Source: the human T2T-CHM13v2.0 reference genome, Homo sapiens | DNA: 64,000 nucleotides | Direction: 5' to 3' (one strand) | Assembly (NCBI RefSeq): GCF_009914755.1 | Contig: NC_060944.1 | Part shown: positions 29,401 to 42,088 of the stretch, one piece after another | Position numbering within the stretch: the stretch's first letter is position 1 | Layout of the letters: each line of letters opens with the position of its first letter | Notes under the pieces: generated by a model | What the model was told of the DNA's origin: nothing | The model's input: the letters and a program-made list of their open reading frames with translations, nothing else | Databases searched by the model: none | Translations under genes and position numbers: made by a program

Positions 29401-29700
29401 GAATGGAATGGAATGTATTCAAACCGAGGGGAGTGGAATGGAATTGAATGTAATGGAATGGAATAAATTGGAATGGAAAGAATGGAATGGAACGGAATGG
29501 AATCAACCAGAGTGGAATGGAATGGAATGGAATGGAATGGAATGGAATGGAATGGAATGGAATGGAATCAACCCGAGTGGAATGGAATGGAATGGAATTG
29601 AATGGAATTAACCCGACTGAAATGGAATGGAAAGGAACGGAATGGAATTTAATGGAATGGAATTGAATGGAATGGAATGCAAAGGAACGGAAAGGAATGG
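26440..29700 (+). repeat. Diverged paralog of the ~5.4-9.0 kb block, ~21 kb downstream
   Basis: Collinear markers: CAACGTGATTGT 5409/26448, TTACCCCGAG 6296/27515, CAATC(C/T)GACAGG 6657/27866, GAGTGTTATGCA 7643/28542, GAGGGGAG 8678/29426. Confidence 0.75.
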
Positions 29701-32700
29701 AATGGAATGGAATTGAATGGAGTCAACGCAAGTGTAATTGAATGGAATGGACTGGAATGGAATGGAATGGAATGGAATGGAATGGAATGGAATGGAGATG
29801 AATGGAATGGAATTGATTTGAATGGAATGGAATCAACTGGAATGGAATGCAATGGAATGGAATGGAATGGAATGGAATCAAATAGAATAGAAACGAATGG
29901 AATGGAATGGAATGCAGTGGAATGGAATGGAATGGAATCAACCCGTGTGGAATGTAAGGCAAAGGAATGGAATGGAATGGAATGGAATCAACAAAATTGG
30001 AAGGGAAGGGAATGGAATAGAATGGAATGGAATGGAATGGAATCTACAAAAGTGGAATGGAATGGAATGGAATACAATAGAATGGAATGGAATGGAATGG
30101 AATAAACCGGAGTGGAATGGAATGGAATGGAATGCAATGGATTCGATTGGAACTTAATTAACCCGATTGGAATGGAGTGGAATTGAATGGAATGGAAACA
30201 AGCCGATTGGAATGCAGTGGACTGAAAAGGAATGGAATTGAAAGGGATGGAATGGAATGGAATGGAATGCAATGGAATGGAATGGAATGGAATGGAATGG
30301 AATGGAATCAACCCGAGTGGAATGGAATAGAATGGAATGGAATGCAATCAACCCAAGTGGAATGGAAAGGAGTGGAATGGAATCGAATGGAATGGATGGG
30401 AATGGAATGGAATCGAATGCAATCGAATGGAATAGCATGGAAAGTAATGGAATGCAATGGAAAGGAATCAAGCCAGGTGGAATCGAAAGGAATGGAATGG
30501 AATTGAATGCAATGGAATTGAATGGAATCAAGCCGAGTGGAATGTAATGGCATGGAATGGAGTGGAATGGAATGGAAAGGAATGGAATGGATTCAACGCG
30601 ATTGGAAAGGAATGGAATGGAATGGAATGGAATCAACCCGAGTGGAATGGAGTGCAACGGAATGGAATGAAATGGAATGGAATGGAATGGAATGGAATGG
30701 AATCAACGTGATTGTAAAGGAATGAAATGAAATGGAATGGAATGGAATGCAATTGAATCAACTCGATTGGAAAGGAGTGGTTGGAATGGAAATGAAAGGA
30801 ATGGAATGGAATGAAATCAACACGAATGGAATGGAATGGAATGGAATGGAATTTAATAGAATGGAATGGAATGGAATGGAATGGAATGGAATGGAATGGA
30901 ATGGAATGGAATCACCCAGAGTATAATTGAATGGAATGGAATGGAATGGAATGGAATGGAATGGAAGGGAATGGAATGGAATGGATTCAAACCAAATGGA
31001 ATGGAATGGAATGGATTGAAATGCAATGGAATTGAATGGAATAAACTGAAGTGGAATGGTATAGAATGGAATGGAATGGATTGGAATGCAATGGAATGGG
31101 AAGGAATGGAATAAACTAGAATGGAAAGGAATGGAATGGAATTCAATGCAGTGGAATGGAATGGAATGGAATCAACCCCTGTGGAATGTAATGCAAAGGA
31201 ATGGGAAGGAATGGAATGGAATAAACAAAAGTGGAATGGAAGGGAATGGAATAGAATGGAATGGAATGGAATGGAAAGCAATGGAGTCAACCCGAATGGA
31301 ATCGAATGGAATGGAATGCAAAGGAATGGAATGGAATGGAATGGACTGGAATGGGATGGAATGGAATGAAACCGAGTGGAGTGGAATGGAATTGAATGAA
31401 ATGGAATGGAATAAACTGCAAATGAAAGGAATGGAATGGAATGGAATGGAAACAACCAGAGTGGAATGGAATTGAATGGAATGGAATGGAATGGAATCAA
31501 CCCGAGTGGAATGGAATTGAATCGAATGGAATGGAATGGAATCAACCAGAGTGGAATGGAATTGAATGGAATGGAATGGAATTAACCCGAGTGAAATGGA
31601 ATGGAAAGGAATGGAATGGAATTTAATGGAATGGAATTGAATGGAATCAACCTGAGTGGACTGAAATGAAATGGAGTGGAATGGAAAGCAATGGAATTGA
31701 ATGGAATCACCCAGAGTTGAATGGAATTGAATGGAATGGAATCAACCCAAATGGAATGTAATGAAATGGAATTGAATGGAATTACCCCGAGTGAAATGGC
31801 ATGGAAAGGAACGGAATAGAATTTAATGGAATGGAATGGCATGCAATGGAATCAACCCGATTGGAATGGAATGGCATGAAATGGAATGCAATGCAATGGA
31901 ATGGAACCAATAAGAGTGAAATGGATTGGAATGGAATGGAATGGAATGAAAGGGAATGGAAACAACGCGAGTGGAATGGAATGGAATGGAATGCAACGGA
32001 ATGGAATGGAATGCAATGGAATGGAATGGAATACACCAGAGTGGAATGGAATAGAATGGAATGGAATGCAGTGGAATCAACCCCAGTGGAATGGAACGGA
32101 ATGGAATGGAATGGAATGGAATGGAATGGAATGCAATGGAATGGAATGGAATGGATTGGAATCAAACCGAGTGTAATGGAATGGAATGGAAAGGAATGGA
32201 ATGGAATGAAATCAACCCGAGTGGAATGGAATGGAATGGAATGGAATGGGATGGAATAGAATGAAATGACGTGGATTGGAATCAATCTGAGTGGAATGGA
32301 AAGGAATAGAAAGGAATGGAATTGAAGAGAATGGAATGGAATGGAATGGAATGGAACGGAATTTAAAGGAATCAACCACAATGGAATTGACTGTAACGGA
32401 CGGGAATGGAATGGAATGGAATGGAATGGAATGGAATGGAGAGGAATGGATTGGAGTGGAATGGAATGGAATGGAATGGAATGGAATGGAATGGTATCAA
32501 TACAAGTGTAATTGAATGGAATGGAATGGAATGGAATGGAATGGAGAGGAATGGAATGGAATTGATTTGAATGCAATGGAATCACCTGAAATCGAAAGGA
32601 ATGGAATGGAATCAACTAGAATGGAAAGGAATGGAATGGAATGGAATGCAGTTGAATGGAATGGAATGGAATCAACCCGTGTGGAATGTAATGCAAAGGA

Positions 32701-35700
32701 ATGGAATGGAATGGAATGGAATGGAATCATCAAAAGTGGAATGGAAGGGAATGGAATAGAATGGAATTGAATGGAATGGAATGGAAAGCAATGGAGTCAA
32801 CCCGAACGGAATCGAATGTAATGAAATGCAATGGAATGGAATGGAATGCAATGGAATGGAATGGAATTGAATGGAATGGGATAGGATGGAATGGAATGGA
32901 ATGAACCAGAGTGGAATAGAATTGAATGGAATGGAATGGAATGGAATCAACCAGAGTGGAATGGAATTGAATGGAATGGAATGGAATGGAATCAACCCGA
33001 GTGGAATGGAATTAAATGGAATGGAATGGAATGGAATCAACCCGAGTGGAATGGAATGGAATGGAATAGAATGGAATGGAATGGAAAGGAATGCAATGGA
33101 ATTAACCCGAGTCAAATGGAATGGAAAGGAACGGAATGGAATTCAATGGAATGGAATGGAATGGAATCAACTTGAGTGGACTGGAATGAAATGGAGTGGA
33201 ATGGAAAGCAATGGATTTGAATGGAATCAGCCAGAGTTGAATGAAATTGAACGGAATGGAATGGAATGGAATCAACCCAAATGGAATGTAATGGAATGGA
33301 ATTGAATGGAATTACCCCGAGTGAAATGGCATGGAAAGGAACAGAATAGAAATTAATGGAATGAAATGGAATGGAATGGAATCAACATGAGTGGAATGGA
33401 ATGGAATGAAATGGAATGCAATGCAATGGAATGGAACCAATAAAAGTGGAATCGAATGGAATGAAAGGGAATGGAATCAACCCACGTGGAATGGAATGGA
33501 ATGGAATGGAATGGAATGGAATGGAATGGAATGGAATGGAATATACCAGATTGGAATGGAATACAATGGAATGGAAGGGAGTGGAATCAACCACAGTGGA
33601 ATGGAATGAAATGGAATTGAATGGAAAAGAATGGAATGCAATGGTATGGAATGGAATGGAATGGATTGGAACAAACCGAGTGTAATGGAATGGAATGGAA
33701 AGCAATGGAATGGAATGAAATCAACACGAGTGAAATGGAATGGAATGGAATGGGATGGAATAGAATGCAATGGACTGGATTGGAATCAATCTGAGTGGAA
33801 TGGAAAGGAATGCAAAGGAATGGGATTGAAGGGAATGGAATGGAATGGAATGGAATGGAATGGAATGGAATAAACCCGAGTAGAATGCAATGGAAGGGAA
33901 TGGAATCGAATGTAATGGAATGGCATTGAATGGAATCAACACGAGTGGAATGGAATGGAATGGAATGGATTGGAGTGGCACGGAAACAACCCCAGTGGAA
34001 TGTAATGTAAAGGAATGGAATGGAATGGAGTAGAATGAACCCGAGTCGAATGGAATGGTATGGAATGAAACGGAATGGAATGGAATGGTATGGAATGGAA
34101 TGGAATGGTATTGAACGGAATGGAATGGAATGGAATAGAATCCAATCCAGTGTAAAGGAATGGAACGGAATGGAATGGAATGGAATGGAATGGAATGGAA
34201 TGGAATGGAATGGAATGGAAAGGAATGGACTCTAATGGAATAAATTGCAGTGGAATGGTATGGAATGCAAAGTAATATAATGAAAATGAGTGGAATCCAC
34301 CAAAATGGAAAGGAAAGGAATGGAATGGAATGGAATGAATGGAATGGATTGGAAAGGAATCAACCCGAGTGGAATGGAAAGGAATGGAATGGAATGGAAT
34401 GGAATGGAATGGAATGGAATGGAATGGAATGGAAAGGAATGGAATGGAATGGATTGGAATGGAATCACCCCGTGTGGAATGGAAAGAATGGAATGCAATG
34501 GAAAGCAATGGCATGGAATGGAATGGAAAGGAATCGAATGGAATGGAATGGAATGGAATGGAATGGAATCAACCCGGGTGGAATGAAATGGAATGGAATG
34601 GAATGGAATGGAATGGAATGGAATGGAATGGAATGGAATGGAATGAAATGGATTGGAATCAACCTGCGTGGAATGTAGTGCATTCGAATTGAATGGAATC
34701 AACAAGATAGGAATGGAATGAAATGGAATGGAATTCAATGGAATGGAATGGAATGGAATGCAATGGAATCAACCCAAATGGAATGTAATGAAATGGAATT
34801 GAATGGAATTACCCCGAGTGAACTGGCATGGAAAGGAACGGAATAGAATTTAATGGAATGGAATGGCATGCAATGGAATCAACACGAGTGCAATGGAATG
34901 CCATGAAATGGAATGCAATGCAATAGAATGGAACCAATAAGGGTGGAATGGATTGGAATGGAGTGGAATGGAATGAAAGGGAATGGAATCAACCCGAGTG
35001 GAATGGAATGGAATGGAATGGAATGGAATGGAAAGGAATGGAATGGAATGGAATGGAATGGAATGCAATGGAATGGAATACACCATAGTGGAATGGAATA
35101 GAATGGAATGGAATGGAGTGGAATCAACCCCATTGGAATGGAATGGAATGGAATGGAATGGAATGGAAAGGAATGGAATGGAATGGGATGGAATGGGTTG
35201 GAATCAAACCGAGTGGAATGGAATGGAATGAAATAAACCCGAATGGAATGGAATGAAATGGAATGGAATGGAATGGAATGGAATGGAATGGAATGGAATG
35301 GAATGGAATAGAATGGAATAGAGTGGACTGGAATCAATCTGAGTGGAATGGAAAGGAATGGAAAGGAATGGAATTGAAGAGAATTGAATGGAATGGAACG
35401 GAATGGAATGGAATTGAATGGAATGGAATGGAATGGAATGCAATGGAATCAACCAGAGTGGAATTGAGTGTAATGGATCGAAATGGAATGGAATGGAATG
35501 GAATAAACATGAGTAGAATGCAATGGTAGGGAATGGAATCGAATGGAATGGAATGGCATTGAATGGAATCAACACGAGTGGAATGGAATGGAATGGATTG
35601 GATTGGAAAGTTATGGAATCAACCCGAATGGAATGTAATGGAAAGGAATGGAAAGGAATGCAGTGTAATTAACCCGAGTGGAATGGAATGGTATGGAGTG

Positions 35701-36110
35701 AAATGGAACGGAATGGAATGGTATGCAATGGAATGGAATGAAAAGGAAAGGAAAGCAATGGAATCAAAACGAGTGGAATGGAATGGAATGTAAAGAAATG
35801 AAGTGGAATTCAATAGAATCAACACGAGTGGAATGAAATGGAAAGGAATTTAACGGAATGGAATGGAATGGAATGGAATCCAATCCAATGTAAAGGAATG
35901 GAATGGAACGGAATAGAATGGAATGGAATGGAATGGAATGGAATGGAAAAAATTCGAGTGGAATGGAATGGAATGCAAAGTAATATAATGAAAATGAATG
36001 GAATCCACCCGAATGGAAAGGAAAGGAATGGAATGGAATGGAATGGAATGGAATGGAATGGAATGGTATGGAGAGGAATGGAATTTAATGGAATGGAGAG
36101 GAATGGAATG
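29660..36110 (+). repeat. HOR copy 1 (full length, ~6451 bp)
   Basis: Marker-to-marker distance 29680 to 36131. All internal markers present, plus one private 1-bp deletion near 33671. Confidence 0.9.
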
Positions 36111-39100
36111 GAATTGAATGGAATGGAATGCAAAGGAACGGAAAGGAATGGAATGGAATGGAATTGAATGGAGTCAACGCAAGTGTAATTGAATGGAATG
36201 GAATGGAATGGAATGGAATGGAATGGAGATGAATGGAATGGAATTGATTTGAATGGAATGGAATCAACTGGAATGGAATGCAATGGAATGGAATGGAATG
36301 GAATGGAATCAAATAGAATAGAAACGAATGGAATGGAATGGAATGCAGTGGAATGGAATGGAATGGAATCAACCCGTGTGGAATGTAAGGCAAAGGAATG
36401 GAATGGAATGGAATGGAATCAACAAAATTGGAAGGGAAGGGAATGGAATAGAATGGAATGGAATGGAATGGAATCTACAAAAGTGGAATGGAATGGAATG
36501 GAATGGAATGGAATGGAATGGAATGGAATGGAATGGAATAAACCGGAGTGGAATGGAATGGAATGGAATGCAATGGATTCGATTGGAACTTAATTAACCC
36601 GATTGGAATGGAGTGGAATGGAATGGAATGGAAAGAAGCCGATTGGAATGCAGTGGACTGAAAAGGAATGGAATTGAAAGGGATGGAATGGAATGGAATG
36701 GAATGGAATGCAATGGAATGGAATGGAATGGAATGGAATCAACCCGAGTGGAATGGAATAGAGTGGAATGGAATAGAATGGAATGGAATGCAATCAACTC
36801 AAGTGGAATGGAAAGGAGTGGAATGGAATCGAATGGAATGGATTGGAATGGAATGGAATCGAATGCAATCGAATGGATTAGCATGGAAAGTAATGGAATG
36901 CAATGGAAAGGAATCAAGCCAGGTGGAATCGAAAGGAATGGAATGGAATTGAATGCAATGGAATTGAATGGAATCAAGCCGAGTGGAATGTAATGGCATG
37001 GAATGGAGTGGAATGGAATGGAAAGGAATAGAATGGATTCAACGCGATTGGAAAGGAATGGAATGGAATGGAATGGAATCAACCCGAGTGGAATGGAGTG
37101 CAACGGAATGGAATGAAATGGAATGGAATGGAATGGAATGGAATGGAATGGAATGGAATCAACGTGATTGTAAAGGAATGAAATGAAATGGAATGGAATG
37201 GAATGCAATTGAATCAACTCGATTGGAAAGGAATGGTTGGAATGGAAATGAAAGGAATGGAATGGAATGAATTCAACCCGAATGGAATGGAATGGAATGG
37301 AATGGAATGGAATGGAATGGAATGGAATGGAATGGAATGGAATGGAATTTAATGGAATGGAATGGAATGGAATGGAATGGAATGGAATGGAATGGAATGG
37401 AATGGAATCACCCAGAGTATAATTGAATGGAATGGAATGGAATGGAATGGAATGGAATGGAATGGAAGGGAATGGAATGGAATGGATTCAAACCAAATGG
37501 AATGGAATGGAATGGATTGGAATGCAATGGAATTGAATGGAATAAACTGAAGAGGAATGGTATAGAATGGAATGGAATGGATTGGAATGCAATGGAATGG
37601 GAAGGAATGGAATCAACTAGAATGGAAAGGAATGGAATGGAATGGAATGCAGTGGAATGGAATGGAATGGAATCAACCCCTGTGGAATGTAATGCAAAGG
37701 AATGGAAAGGAATGGAATGGAATAAACAAAAGTGGAATGGAAGGGAATGGAATAGAATGGAATGGAATGGAATGGAAAGCAATGGAGTCAACCCGAATGG
37801 AATCGAATGGAATGGAATGCAAAGGAATGGAATGGAATGGAATGGAATGGACTGGAATGGGATGGAATGGAATGAAACCGAGTGGAGTGGAATGGAATTG
37901 AATGAAATGGAATGGAATAAACTGCAAATGAAAGGAATGGAATGGAATGGAATGGAAACAACCAGAGTGGAATGGAATTGAATGGAATGGAATGGAATGG
38001 AATCAACCCGAGTGGAATGGAATTGAATCGAATGGAATGGAATGGAATCAACCAGAGTGGAATGGAATTGAATGGAATGGAATGGAATTAACCCGAGTGA
38101 AATGGAATGGAAAGGAATGGAATGGAATTTAATGGAATGGAATTGAATGGAATCAACCTGAGTGGACTGAAATGAAATGGAGTGGAATGGAAAGCAATGG
38201 AATTGAATGGAATCACCCAGAGTTGAATGGAATTGAATGGAATGGAATCAACCCAAATGGAATGTAATGAAATGGAATTGAATGGAATTACCCCGAGTGA
38301 AATGGCATGGAAAGGAACGGAATAGAATTTAATGGAATGGAATGGCATGCAATGGAATCAACCCGATTGGAATGGAATGGCATGAAATGGAATGCAATGC
38401 AATGGAATGGAACCAATAAGAGTGAAATGGATTGGAATGGAATGGAATGGAATGAAAGGGAATGGAAACAACGCGAGTGGAATGGAATGGAATGGAATGC
38501 AACGGAATGGAATGGAATGCAATGGAATGGAATGGAATACACCAGAGTGGAATGGAATAGAATGGAATGGAATGGAGTGGAATCAACCCCAGTGGAATGG
38601 AACGGAATGGAATGGAATGGAATGGAATGGAATGGAATGCAATGGAATGGAATGGAATGGATTGGAATCAAACCGAGTGTAATGGAATGAAATGGAAAGG
38701 AATGGAATGGAATGAAATCAACCCGAGTGGAATGGAATGGAATGGAATGGAATGGGATGGAATAGAATGAAATGACGTGGATTGGAATCAATCTGAGTGG
38801 AATGGAAAGGAATAGAAAGGAATGGAATTGAAGAGAATGGAATGGAATGGAATGGAATGGAACGGAATTTAAAGGAATCAACCAGAATGGAATTGACTGT
38901 AACGGACGGGAATGGAATGGAATGGAATGGAATGGAATGGAATGGAATGGAGAGCAATGGATTGGAGTGGAATGGAATGGAATGGAATGGAATGGAATGG
39001 AATGGAATGGAATGGAATGGTATCAATACAAGTGTAATTGAATGGAATGGAATGGAATGGATAAGAATGGAATGGAATTGATTTGAATGCAATGGAATCA

Positions 39101-42088
39101 CCTGAAATCGAATGGAATGGAATGGAATCAACTAGAATGGAAAGGAATGGAATGGAATGGAATGCAGTTGAATGGAATGGAATGGAATCAACCCGTGTGG
39201 AATGTAATGCAAAGGAATGGAATGGAATGGAATGGAATCATCAAAAGTGGAATGGAAGGGAATGGAATAGAATGGAATTGAATGGAATGGAATGGAAAGC
39301 AATGGAGTCAACCCGAATGGAATCGAATGTAATGAAATGCAATGGAATGGAATGGAATGCAATGGAATGGAATGGAATTGAATAGAATGGGATAGGATGG
39401 AATGGAATGGAATCAACCAGAGTGGAATAGAATTGAATGGAATGGAATGGAATGGAATGGAATCAACCCGAGTGGAATGGAATTGAATCGAATGGAATGG
39501 AATGGAATGGAATGGAATCAACCAGAGTGGAATGGAATTGAATGGAATGGAATGGAATGGAATCAACCCGAGTGGAATGGAATTAAATGGAATGGAATGG
39601 AATGGAATCAAGCCGAGTGGAATGGAATGGAATGGAATAGAATGGAATGGAATGGAAGGGAATGGAATGGAATTAACCCGAGTCAAATGGAATGGAAAGG
39701 AACGGAATGGAATTTAATGGAATGGAATGGAATGGAATCAACCTGAGTGGACTGGAATGAAATGGAGTGGAATGGAAAGCAATGGATTTGAATGGAATCA
39801 GCCAGAGTTGAATGAAATTGAACGGAATGGAATGGAATGGAATCAACCCAAATGGAATGTAATGGAATGGAATTGAATGGAATTACCCCGAGTGAAATGG
39901 CATGGAAAGGAACGGAATAGAAATTAATGGAATGAAATGGAATGGAATGGAATCAACATGAGTGGAATGGAATGGAATGAAATGGAATGCAATGCAATGG
40001 AATGGAACCAATAAAAGTGGAATCGAATGGAATGAAAGGGAATGGAATCAACCCACGTGGAATGGAATGGAATGGAATGGAATGGAATATACCAGAGTGG
40101 AATGGAATACAATGGAATGGAAGGGAGTGGAATCAACCACAGTGGAATGGAATGAAATGGAATGGAATGGAAAAGAATGGAATGGAATGGTATGGAATGG
40201 AATGCAATGGATTGGAAACAAACCGAGTGTAATGGAATGGAATGGAAAGGAATGGAATGGAATGAAATCAACCCGAGTGAAATGGAATGGAATGGAATGG
40301 GATGGAATAGAATGCAATGGACTGGATTGGAATCAATCTGAGTGGAATGGAAAGGAATGCAAAGGAATGGGATTGAAGGGAATGGAATGGAATGGAATGG
40401 AATGGAATAAACCCGAGTAGAATGCAATGGAAGGGAATGGAATCGAATGTAATGGAATGGCATTGAATGGAATCAACACGAGTGGAATGGAATGGAATGG
40501 AATGGATTGGAGTGGCACGGAATCAACCCCAGTGGAATGTAATGTAAAGGAAAGGAATGGAATGGAGTAGAATGAACCCGAGTCGAATGGAATGGTATGG
40601 AATGAAACGGAATGGAATGGAATGGTATGGAATGGAATGGAATGGTATTGAACGGAATGGAATGGAATGGAATAGAATCCAATCCAGTGTAAAGGAATGG
40701 AACGGAATGGAATGGAATGGAATGGAATGGAATGGAATGGAATGGAATGGAATGGAATGGAAAGGAATGGACTCTAATGGAATAAATTGCAGTGGAATGG
40801 TATGGAATGCAAAGTAATATAATGAAAATGAGTGGAATCCACCAAAATGGAAAGGAAAGGAATGGAATGGAATGAATGGAATGGATTGGAAAGGAATCAA
40901 CCCGAGTGGAATGGAAAGGAATGGAAAGGAATGGAATGGAATCGAATGGAATGCAATGGAATGGAATACACCATAGTGGAATGGAATAGAATGGAATAGA
41001 ATGGAGTGGAATAAACCCCATTGGAATGGAATGGAATGGAATGGAATGGAATGGAATGGAATGGAATGGAAAGGAATGGAATGGAATGGGATGGAATGGG
41101 TTGGAATCAAACCGTGTGGAATGGAATGGAATGCAATGGAATGGAAAAGAATGGAATGGAATGAAATAAACCCGAATGGAATGGAATGAAATGGAATGGA
41201 ATGGAATGGAATGGAATGGAATAGAATGGAATAGAATGGATTGGAGTCAATCTGAGTGGAATGGAAAGGAATGGAAAGGAATGGAATTGAAGAGAATTGA
41301 ATGGAATGGAAAGGAATGGAAAGGAATGGAATTGAAGAGAATTGAATGGAATGGAACGGAATGGAATGGAATGGAATGGAATGGAATGGAATGGAATGGA
41401 ATGGAATGGAATGCAATGCAATGGAATCAACCAGAGTGGAATTGAGTGTAATGGATCGAAATGGAATGGAATGGAATGGAATAAACCTGAGTAGAATGCA
41501 ATGGTAGGGAATGGAATCGAATGGAATGGAATGGCATTGAATGGAATCAACACGAGTGGAATGGAATGGAATGGATTGGATTGGAAAGTTATGGAATCAA
41601 CCCGAATGGAATGTAATGGAAAGGAATGGAATGGAATGCAGTGTAATTAACCCGAGTGGAATGGAATGGTATGGAGTGAAATGGAACGGAATGGAATGGT
41701 ATGGAATGGAATGGAATGAAAAGGAAAGGAAAGCAATGGAATCAAAACGAGTGGAATGGAATGGAATGTAAAGAAATGAAGTGGAATTCAATAGAATCAA
41801 CACGACTGGAATGAAATGGAAAGGAATTTAACGGAATGGAATGGAATGGAATGGAATCCAATCCAATGTAAAGGAATGGAATGGAACGGAATAGAATGGA
41901 ATGGAATGGAATGGAATGGAAAAAATTCGAGTGGAATGGAATGGAATGCAAAGTAATATAATGAAAATGAATGGAATCCACCCGAATGGAAAGGAAAGGA
42001 ATGGAATGGAATGGAATGGAATGGAATGGAATGGAATGGAATGGTATGGAGAGGAATGGAATTTAATGGAATGGAGAGGAATGGAATG
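36111..42088 (+). repeat. HOR copy 2 (~5978 bp, ~650 bp internal deletion)
   Basis: 36131 to 42109. Lacks CACCCCGTG, GTAGTGCATTCG and the third TTACCCCGAG module; junction at ~40900-40970. Confidence 0.9.

Larger units (their letters stand above)
1..29659 (+). repeat. Older, diverged HSat3 layer (mosaic of kb-scale modules, no single period)
   Basis: Marker words recur at irregular spacings with many substitutions, e.g. GAGTGTTATGCA at 7643, 11053, 15325, 19120, 28542 and GAGGGGA at 8678, 12121, 16265, 20090, 22144, 29426. Confidence 0.85.
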
